Shown: in pieces, positions 24,197 to 33,109 of the stretch
Position numbering within the stretch: the first letter of the stretch is position 1
Layout: every line of letters begins with the position of its first letter
Source of the DNA: Lobosporangium transversale
Lineage: Eukaryota
Assembly: GCF_002105155.1 (NCBI RefSeq)
Contig: NW_019028982.1
Span: 868,001-932,000, forward strand
Length of the DNA: 64,000 nucleotides
Reading direction: 5' to 3'
Made by a program: the position numbers and the translations under genes
Notes under the pieces: model-generated
Databases searched by the model: none
The model's input: only the letters and a program-made list of their open reading frames with translations
What the model was told of the DNA's origin: nothing

Positions 24197-27103
24197 TTAC
24201 TTAATGAGTTCATCGACTCTGTTCAAAAGATCTACTGCTTGGGCCGCTCCCATGTGCTCCTCTATCCATAATCTGGCCTTTTGGACAACCAGGTCCCAGA
24301 TATCCTTTTCACTGGCCAGTTTTTTCTCAAAGAACTTGATGGCAAGAGCAGTTGCCACAGCTGTCGCCCTTGAAGAAGAGGCGTTGTTTTTGGTATCCTT
24401 GACTGCCAGCTGCTTTGCAACTTCATCAGGCTTGAGACCAAGGCAAGAGAACAGTGCTGACTCCCATTTCCATGATCCCTCAAATGTTTGTAACGCGAGT
24501 AATCCTTTCAAATGATGCTCTGATGCAACACCAGACGAAGATGTATTGATTGATACTTCAGCGAAATGGCACATGGTCATTTCTTCATCCTCGTCTTCCT
24601 CTTCTGCGTAGCTTCCTGAAGGTTCACTCCACTGGCGTGATCTTGAGGAGCCAGAGCCAGGGATTGATTTAGGGTCAGGCTGAGACTGGGATGGAGGAGC
24701 TTGAGGTGAAGCTTGACTACGGAGGGAAGGCGCTGAGATGACTGCTTCGATACTACTTGGTGAGTGCATATCAACCAGTATATCAGGAGCGCTACGAGCC
24801 GTACGGGCCGAACGAGCCATGGAGGCTGCAGCTATAGCTTCCAATTTTATGGAACGTCTTTTTGCAAAGTTGCTGGCGTGCGATAGAACGTTCGTAAAAG
24901 ATGATATGGAAGGCCCTCTCCGTTTTTTCGGCGTGCCTTTTGCAACTTGTATTGAGGCAGAGCCCCCAATGTCAGCACTTCCGACATAGAACGCCATCCC
25001 TGTTGGGATAGAACTAGCGGTACCATAGTTGTAGGCTGGCGGTGAGGATATATTCCAACCTGTGCTGTTATTACTGCCTACTGCCCTATTTTGAGACGTA
25101 TCCTCGACTCCAACGAACGAACACCATTTGTTTGAGATCTGGTATTGAATACCCAAGCGAACTGCCTCTTTTTCAACCAAGCGTTCAAAAACCGCCCCAC
25201 CAAATTTGACCTTGATCAAAGTGTCTTTGTCGTCCTTGGCCTGAGTAATCCAGCCACGGCCCTGTTCAAGTTCTGCAATAGCCTTCCTGGCAGCCATCTG
25301 GTGAATGGTTTCTCCAGGAGTATCAAGCACTTGGATGGGGATTTCAAGCTCAAGTGGGCCTCTCCATGACTCTCCGCGAAGGATTACAGATTTTGGAGTC
25401 CTTGGGTTGGACCCAGGGCCCATGAGAAGATATACAGTTGTTCGGTTGAAAGCGTAGAGTGGAGGAATGACATGTGGCGCCTGCAACAGCTTTGGAGGGG
25501 CCAATTGTGGCAGGTCCTCGTCGCCATCGGAGGGGGTCTTATCAAGGTCAATAGACTTTTCAAAGAGAGAAATCGGCTTCTTTTCCTTCGTAATATTTAG
25601 TTTGACTTCAAGGCTGTCTGTCACTCTTTCAACCATCTCAAACCCTTCGTCATCCTCATTCGCCTTGCCGCTGTTCTCTTCGGTAGCATCGCCGTACTTC
25701 ACCTCCAGCGTGTAATTGGTAATTTGAGGTGAGAGTGCACCCTTGAGCATGCGAACCACCTTCTTGTCCATCTTTTCGCCTTCGCCCACAGCCTGCGAGA
25801 ACCCATTTCCAGCCTTGGCAACACCTTCGATCAGTGCATGAGAGACACCATTACCAACACCCAAAGTAAAGACGCGGATTGGCATCTTGCTCTCCATAAC
25901 CTCTTTATTCAAGTACGAAAAGAGCTGATCTTGGTTCCATATCTCACCATCGGTAAGCAACATGATCTCCAGAGGCATATCCTGGCTTCGTTTTTCCACT
26001 GTCGCTTTGATACACGGAAACATCTCCGTGCCCCCCATGTTGGCCCTCATCTTCTTTACATAATTGATAGCTTGATCCAATGTGTTTTGAGAATATATCT
26101 GGCTTTTATCCCAGAGGAAGGAGTAGTTGCTGCCAAAAGAGCAAATGTTGAACTTTACACCGACAGGCAAGCTCTTCAAGAAGACATTTAATGCTGATCT
26201 TGCTAATGAAATCGCTGTTCCTTGCATGCTGCCGCTGCGGTCGCAGACAAAGATAATTTCTGGTTTCTCTGGAGGAAGTTGAAACCGAGGGACAAGCGTG
26301 GTCATCAGAGCCCGCTGGTTAGGAATAGAAGGATGGGTCTCAAGGATAGCACTAGGATCGCCTGTGTCCTTGGCCAAGACATGAATGACGAAATCTTTAT
26401 CCAGTTCTGCTCTACCAAGACTAAGTGTGGCCGATGCTTTAGACATAGTGGGCGTGGCGTTGGGAGCGATAGAAGTGGTGCCGATAGAAACAGCAATAGG
26501 GTGACTAGGTGATTGGATTTGTTGAATAGGTTTTTGGTCGGGCATGATAATATCAACTGTGACCTGAAGGCTACCCCCTGTAGCCTTTTGGACATGGACA
26601 CCCGTATAGAGCTCCACTGGATATTGGCCATATCGTGGCATAATTTTCGTGGGGATAGTGAAACGAGTACCATCGATTTCCGCATCGTGTTTGAGCTCAC
26701 CAATGAACGTGATCTCGACAAGAATGGTCGACCCTGGAGGCGCATTACCAACCGAGCTAGTGAAGACATCCGACGCATCGGGAAGCTGCTCCAAAAGCAC
26801 GGCAGCCTTGCCCTGGCCGACAGCGTCATTAAATTCAGTTCTGGCTTGGAATCGTTCCTTAACTTGACCTTTAATCAACCTATCACCAATTTGGCAATTG
26901 AAACTGACGACACTGACACCATCGTAAAGAGGAAAAGTGTATTGTAATTCAGGAATGGTGTCATTAGACGGATTGATGAAAGTTTGAGTGAGTTTCGTGC
27001 GAGAGTTGAGGGCCAGGATCTCTGTGTGGGCTTTGATGTCAACTAAGGGCAAATATTTGTTATGATTGCCCACAGAAGAAAGTCCACAAATGAGTATTTG
27101 CAT
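24197..27103 (-). CDS. VIT + von Willebrand factor A domain protein (VWA5A-like), intronless, ~968 aa
   Basis: VIT region (LTQTFINPS..YTFPL..SDVFTSSVGN); MIDAS motif DRSGSM; NMGGTE; LLTDGE; RVFTLGVG; C-terminal LQTFEGSW. Likely start MQILICG at 27103 (the open frame extends to 27277). Confidence 0.9.
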   Translation of the reverse strand: MQILICGLSSVGNHNKYLPLVDIKAHTEILALNSRTKLTQTFINPSNDTIPELQYTFPLYDGVSVVSFNCQIGDRLIKGQVKERFQARTEFNDAVGQGKAAVLLEQLPDASDVFTSSVGNAPPGSTILVEITFIGELKHDAEIDGTRFTIPTKIMPRYGQYPVELYTGVHVQKATGGSLQVTVDIIMPDQKPIQQIQSPSHPIAVSIGTTSIAPNATPTMSKASATLSLGRAELDKDFVIHVLAKDTGDPSAILETHPSIPNQRALMTTLVPRFQLPPEKPEIIFVCDRSGSMQGTAISLARSALNVFLKSLPVGVKFNICSFGSNYSFLWDKSQIYSQNTLDQAINYVKKMRANMGGTEMFPCIKATVEKRSQDMPLEIMLLTDGEIWNQDQLFSYLNKEVMESKMPIRVFTLGVGNGVSHALIEGVAKAGNGFSQAVGEGEKMDKKVVRMLKGALSPQITNYTLEVKYGDATEENSGKANEDDEGFEMVERVTDSLEVKLNITKEKKPISLFEKSIDLDKTPSDGDEDLPQLAPPKLLQAPHVIPPLYAFNRTTVYLLMGPGSNPRTPKSVILRGESWRGPLELEIPIQVLDTPGETIHQMAARKAIAELEQGRGWITQAKDDKDTLIKVKFGGAVFERLVEKEAVRLGIQYQISNKWCSFVGVEDTSQNRAVGSNNSTGWNISSPPAYNYGTASSIPTGMAFYVGSADIGGSASIQVAKGTPKKRRGPSISSFTNVLSHASNFAKRRSIKLEAIAAASMARSARTARSAPDILVDMHSPSSIEAVISAPSLRSQASPQAPPSQSQPDPKSIPGSGSSRSRQWSEPSGSYAEEEDEDEEMTMCHFAEVSINTSSSGVASEHHLKGLLALQTFEGSWKWESALFSCLGLKPDEVAKQLAVKDTKNNASSSRATAVATALAIKFFEKKLASEKDIWDLVVQKARLWIEEHMGAAQAVDLLNRVDELIK

Positions 27104-28762
27104 TTTTATTATATCAATAAACTTGGCTTGAAGAACAAGATGATTATGAAAGGAAGGAGAGGATGATGGTAGAAAAGACAGTAGAAGATTTGGTGGGTGG
27201 ATAATGTAACACTCACTGGTGGCGCAGTCCCAAGTGTGGCAAAAGATTGCTCTGAAGAACAATTGAAGGACAGTCATGAGAGTTCGTTACCTGAAACTTT
27301 TCCTCCTGGTGGTACAAGGCCAAAGATTGTTCATGTTGCATGACATCTCCAATGTTTTGTAATCCGACATTGGCGAGAATCAATCATTCATGATTGGTCA
27401 CTGTTGTGATGGAGCTCATAAAAAACCCCCGCGTAAAAAACTGCTTCCTAGGATTTTATTCAATTGATAAGTACTGCAGACAATTATTTTTGGAGATTAC
27501 AATCAATTATTGACAGCTGTCGTCTTGTTAAGCACATTCATACCCAATACATTACAAAAAAAGAGGGGAGGGAAAGCGAGCTAAATAAACTTGCTGGAAC
27601 GTCTAGATTCAGCAGTATCAAAATATATGCAAAGTGTCTTTCCTTGATATCTGTGGCTGTGCGCGAACTTGGACTCTATATTTGGCAAAAGGTAAAAGGC
27701 ATTGTCCGGCGTCTCCGAATACGCCAAATCCTCAAGTAAAAGTTTTATAAATGCATAGAATAGATTCCATTTCTAGTTCCCGATGTAATTTTTCCGCTTG
27801 CCGAAGCTCTTGAAGAGGATCAGGAAGAGCTTCATTGTGAATAATCTTGTTGGTGCGGTGCTGATGTCAATTTACTTCATTGTGGCATCCAATATCTATG
27901 GAATTGGATAGAATGAAGCGTTACCGAGTGAAATAAACAATCGTCATTCGGAGAGAGTGACATGTTTTACGATATATGAGGTCAAGTAGATAAAAAGTTG
28001 CGAGGCACGTCACAGCCGTCATTAGCTATTCTAATTCTATAAACAAGAATGGAGACCCTTTTGAAGTGTACGCTTGAAGGTTTCAAATAAGGTCGAATCT
28101 ACACGATAAGCATTGATTTTGGTAATCCTTGTGAGGCCAGTTGACATGTAGAATGTTCTTGCCAAAATATTTTATGAATAAACAAGGACGCAAAGATTTT
28201 CGCAGTAGATCACCCAACGCAAAAGAAATATTTAGCTGAGGACTATGCCACACACTCCATGATCTCTGTTATACTTTAACAGTTCTTGAATAGCGCATGT
28301 CCCTAGCTACACACATATCAGGTCATATTTAATAACACCAGACAGAGAGCCGCTTGAGCTGGCTCAAAGCCTTTTGCTTTTATAAGCCAACAGAACTAGA
28401 TTATATGGATAGATGTTTCTCATTCACACCAGTAACCTATTCGTGTTGTCTGTCATTTGTTTTGATTATATTCATAATTTAAGGTGGGGACCAACTCTTC
28501 CGAATAACAGAGAACAGCAAATTAAAATATGTCATTTACGCCAAATGAAGTAGAGCTTCATGTGTCAGAAAAATTCAACAACAAAGTCAAAAACAGAAGC
28601 TTTCCCTCTCTTACAACTACAAGTCAGTCCACTTGTCTCATTCAGGAACAGACAACTGGAATTCAAATGGGCCATTATATCTGGAGAGCAGCATAAGTTG
28701 CTTTGTTATAATCTAATATTTTATTTTTCTTCATTTCATTGCTTCAAGATGCACTTATGATA

Positions 28763-29083
28763 CTATTGTCTAATGTAGGTCGTCGCGGCAGTATCATAGT
28801 CATAGCACCCCAAAAGCTGTTTGCCATACACTGCCTTGAACAGCTGTCCATCTTGGAACGTCGTCTTTTGGCGGTGAATAGGAGTGTCAGTCGGGTAGTC
28901 AAAGATAACATCAAGTCCGAATGATGAGGCGTTATCTGAAGTAAAGTTGGCACAGTCTGGAAAGTCAAACACACAAACATCGTTGACCTTGCGCTGGTAC
29001 AGCTGGATGTGAAGCGTGCAAATGGCCTGGATGGCACTGACACCGAGGGCGGAAATCAACAAGAGGGTCTTGATGGCTGACAT
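28763..29083 (-). CDS. Small secreted protein (106 aa, 4 Cys), left copy
   Basis: Signal peptide MSAIKTLLLISALGVSAIQA; CA-rich leader; identical to 31343-31663. Confidence 0.75.
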   Translation of the reverse strand: MSAIKTLLLISALGVSAIQAICTLHIQLYQRKVNDVCVFDFPDCANFTSDNASSFGLDVIFDYPTDTPIHRQKTTFQDGQLFKAVYGKQLLGCYDYDTAATTYIRQ

Positions 29084-29679
29084 GATTATGTGAGTGAGTG
29101 TTGGGTGTATGTATGTGTGTATGTGTGTGTGGATGGAGGACTGACTAGCTTACTTGACTTGTAAGAATGGTTATTGTGGTTTGGACGGACAAGAACTAGT
29201 TGTATGGGATCTTTTTATTGAAAAATTGTCGAGATGGATGTTCTGATTGCAGGCGCAGTGTCTAACTGTAGGCATTCAACACTCAAGCTGAGATGGCTTC
29301 CGCGCAATGTGGTCACCCTATTGGTCCAATTGAGTCTTCATACAGACATCCAGTTTTCAGACAGACAGTTTGCCGCATTCCTAAAATGTTTTCGACTTTA
29401 CCAAACCTTCCTTCTCTTCTGCCAATAGGAGCAATGGCCACAAACTATTTCAACAAGCGATGGGAAAATGGGGGCTTTTTCACAAGGTAAATGAGCTCTC
29501 TCAAGACTCCAAAAGGCCTCCAGGATATTAAAGCCTGGAGGCACGGTTGGCAGACAATTGGAATCCTTTTATTTATGGCCAAACAAAGCGTAAGAGCCCA
29601 GAAAAGAACGTTTGAAAGTAGATACAGAGCAAAAAAGATTAAGGAGACCACAGGTGTGTACTACCGAGAGCCCCGATTT

Positions 29680-29812
29680 ACGATTCGTTGTGCATTCCCA
29701 GCACTTTTAACCTTGATCTTGACCCTCACTCTTGGCTCTTCTACGGTCCATGCTACCTCTAACATGTGCCAAGAATGCGTAAATGACATGATACAAGCGG
29801 CTTCAGCCTGTA
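29680..29812 (+). pseudogene. Truncated 5' copy of the Cys-rich GPI-like gene
   Basis: IRCAFPALLTLILTLTLGSSTVHATSNMCQECVNDMIQAASAC, then a poly(A) run at the duplication breakpoint. Confidence 0.55.
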
Positions 29813-30285
29813 AAAAAAAAAAAAAAAAGCGTTAAAGTGCACTCTGAAAATTGAAAATTTAGTTGAGGCGACATTGCTTAGATGATAGCAAGGTGAACTT
29901 GTTACCACACTGTCTAGAAAAGTGTTTGTGAAATCTGATTCTAGTCTGTCAACTTGAGTAGCAGACTTTCATCTAACAAGTCATGGCTAAACTAATTTTC
30001 TAGGCGCGTCTGTCGCTTTCATATTCTAAGCACGAGCGCCAAACCACATTCAAAGACATTGAGGGGCTCTGGTGCCTGTTGTTATGTAAATGTTTTCCAT
30101 CATTTGCACCTCATTATTATCAAAACTCTAGGTTTCTACACTGCCCAGCAAAAATTCTTCTGTGATATTTGTTTATTCATTGGGTATCCATGCTTACTTC
30201 CTTGGATGGATCATTCTTTTTATGGGCCGCCTTTTTGCTTTTTTTTTTTTTGAATGTGTGTATAAAGACGCTCTTTACTCCTTAC

Positions 30286-30746
30286 CTAAACAAGCATTAA
30301 TGCGGCAGCAGCGAGCACAATTACGGTGGTCGTATACATGGTGGGAGCCAATGATGGTGTAGGCAAAGCTGAAAAGCCAGAGCCATTGGGACTTCTCTCT
30401 ACTCCTGCTTCGCCACTTTCAAACTTGGTGCTATTGCAGTAGACCGTATAGGCCGCTTGAAGGCGTATGGACAGCCTTAATATTGCCATATTGGCATAGA
30501 GCATCGCATTTCGTGCGTGCGGAAGGAAACATCCTTGCCAACATTGCAAACGCACTGTCACTCTTTAGTGGAAAGTTCATTAAAAGATGCTTGTCTCAAA
30601 GCATCGAATCCACTACAGGCTGAAGCCGCTTGTATCATGTCATTTACGCATTCTTGGCACATGTTAGAGGTAGCATGGACCGTAGAAGAGCCAAGAGTGA
30701 GGGTCAAGATCAAGGTTAAAAGTGCTGGGAATGCACAACGAATCGT
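30286..30746 (-). pseudogene. Cys-rich secreted, probably GPI-anchored protein pseudogene
   Basis: Signal-like stretch begins at ACG instead of ATG; CQEC...AC...LSTKE*QCVC has an in-frame stop; a frameshift leads to the hydrophobic C-terminus TVIVLAAAALMLV. Confidence 0.6.
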
Positions 30747-31860
30747 AAATCGGGGCTCTCGGTAGTACACACCTGTGGTCTCCTTAATCTTTTTTGCTCT
30801 GTATCTACTTTCAAACGTTCTTTTCTGGGCTCTTACGCTTTGTTTGGCCATAAATAAAAGGATTCCAATTGTCTGCCAACCGTGCCTCCAGGCTTTAATA
30901 TCCTGGAGGCCTTTTGGAGTCTTGAGAGAGCTCATTTACCTTGTGAAAAAGCCCCCATTTTCCCATCGCTTGTTGAAATAGTTTGTGGCCATTGCTCCTA
31001 TTGGCAGAAGAGAAGGAAGGTTTGGTAAAGTCGAAAACATTTTAGGAATGCGGCAAACTGTCTGTCTGAAAACTGGATGTCTGTATGAAGACTCAATTGG
31101 ACCAATAGGGTGACCACATTGCGCGGAAGCCATCTCAGCTTGAGTGTTGAATGCCTACAGTTAGACACTGCGCCTGCAATCAGAACATCCATCTCGACAA
31201 TTTTTCAATAAAAAGATCCCATACAACTAGTTCTTGTCCGTCCAAACCACAATAACCATTCTTACAAGTCAAGTAAGCTAGTCAGTCCTCCATCCACACA
31301 CACATACACACATACATACACCCAACACTCACTCACATAATCATGTCAGCCATCAAGACCCTCTTGTTGATTTCCGCCCTCGGTGTCAGTGCCATCCAGG
31401 CCATTTGCACGCTTCACATCCAGCTGTACCAGCGCAAGGTCAACGATGTTTGTGTGTTTGACTTTCCAGACTGTGCCAACTTTACTTCAGATAACGCCTC
31501 ATCATTCGGACTTGATGTTATCTTTGACTACCCGACTGACACTCCTATTCACCGCCAAAAGACGACGTTCCAAGATGGACAGCTGTTCAAGGCAGTGTAT
31601 GGCAAACAGCTTTTGGGGTGCTATGACTATGATACTGCCGCGACGACCTACATTAGACAATAGTATCATAAGTGCATCTTGAAGCAATGAAATGAAGAAA
31701 AATAAAATATTAGATTATAACAAAGCAACTTATGCTGCTCTCCAGATATAATGGCCCATTTGAATTCCAGTTGTCTGTTCCTGAATGAGACAAGTGGACT
31801 GACTTGTAGTTGTAAGAGAGGGAAAGCTTCTGTTTTTGACTTTGTTGTTGAATTTGTCTG
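30614..31860. repeat. Right arm of ~1.24-kb inverted repeat
   Basis: Reverse complement of 28566-29812; one mismatch seen near the outer end (28570/31856). Confidence 0.97.
31343..31663 (+). CDS. Small secreted protein (106 aa, 4 Cys), right copy
   Basis: Identical translation to 28763-29083. Confidence 0.75.
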   Translation: MSAIKTLLLISALGVSAIQAICTLHIQLYQRKVNDVCVFDFPDCANFTSDNASSFGLDVIFDYPTDTPIHRQKTTFQDGQLFKAVYGKQLLGCYDYDTAATTYIRQ

Positions 31861-32689
31861 TTGTACCTCTTTTCAGAATGTGGTCGAAATGAGACATGTT
31901 ATCCCTCGGTACGCTTTATTGGTCTGACATATATAATCTTACCCTTAGATAAATAAAAAGCAAAACCAGCTGGCATTCATTTGCATTATGCTATATGATA
32001 TGTGGCTCGATGCTACTCTATTTAATTTAGTCAACGATGAGGCTATTGCTCCGAGTCATCAGAGGTTTAAGAAAAAAGGTGTTAATGTTTGTATATATAT
32101 CGGATGAATAAAGGAAACATACAAGCAAATCAAAAAATGATTTGTTTTATTTCTTCCGCATTCTGAAAGAAAAGGGAATGTTGGGTATAATCCGCAGTAC
32201 AGCTCCACGATAGACTATTTCATCTTTTGTTAGGAGTGAAGAGAGGGAATAGACAAAGAGAATAAAGAGAATGATCTCTTTTCCTAACAAGAGCATATAG
32301 TCTGAGGGCAATGTAACTCGTGCTCTGGTTGTTTGTGGATAGAAAGCGAAACGAAAATTAAAGGACCAGTTTTCACTTTTTACTGTTGCTTCTTTTTTTT
32401 TTTTTTCCTCTTCCTTTTGTCATATTTTTGCAGATGACCTTTGCTTTAATGTCGTTGTCTAATGCGCTCACTTTTATAATATTCTCTTTTTATTTCTTCA
32501 GTACACTTCCCCTGTTATTTATTCATGCTACACAGCTCCTCTATATATAAAGGCGATAACTAGGGTCACCAATTATCTTTTTTTCCTTGGAATCGAACAT
32601 TTCGAGAGTGACTTCATTGCTCATTCATGGACCCATAATGTACATGTGCTTTATAAATAAGGCGAAAATAAAAAAAAAAGGGTCGTGTA

Positions 32690-32996
32690 TATCTTCCATT
32701 TTGGTTGTCGCGACCCTTGTGGCGCTCGCAATCCAAACTGTCAAGGATCCCGTTATGCCCAGGCGAAAGACTGGACCCGGCCAGACGTATCCACGAAGCA
32801 CTGGGACTGGGACTGGGACTGTGCCCATCTCCCCATGCAAATTTATGGATACACAGCAAATGTGTCAATGTTCCGCTCCAAATTAATTTGTCCCAAACTA
32901 ATCAACCAAAATGCATTGTTGTCGTCATGGAGTGAAATCTTCGCACGCTTTGACCCGTTTCATGTTGATTACATTCCTGCACGACCCAATGACTAG
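32690..32996 (+). pseudogene. Probable frameshifted small secreted protein remnant
   Basis: Signal-like ISSILVVATLVALAIQTV without an adjacent ATG; a frame change continues QGSRYAQAKDWTRPDVSTKHWDWDWDCAHL... TATATAAA near 32545. Confidence 0.35.
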
Positions 32997-33109
32997 AGGC
33001 ATCGCAATATTTATCTCAACAAAACTACAAGTTTTATTTTTTACTACTTTTACTACAAATTATATTTTAGATCATCAGAGTTGGGAACTCCTAAGTTTAT
33101 CATGGTCAT

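Larger units (their letters stand above)
28566..29812. repeat. Left arm of ~1.24-kb inverted repeat
   Basis: Position x pairs with 60426-x. Mirror ORFs with identical translations, e.g. 28763-29083(-) and 31343-31663(+). The arm ends at a 17-A run. Confidence 0.97.

Noticed and set aside
27500..28300. Possible decayed F-box/LRR gene on the minus strand (SITEIMECVA-like)
   Set aside because: Too degenerate to support without a profile search.
28566..31860. DNA transposon with long terminal inverted repeats
   Set aside because: No transposase and no target-site duplication in the flanks; the arms consist of host-like genes.
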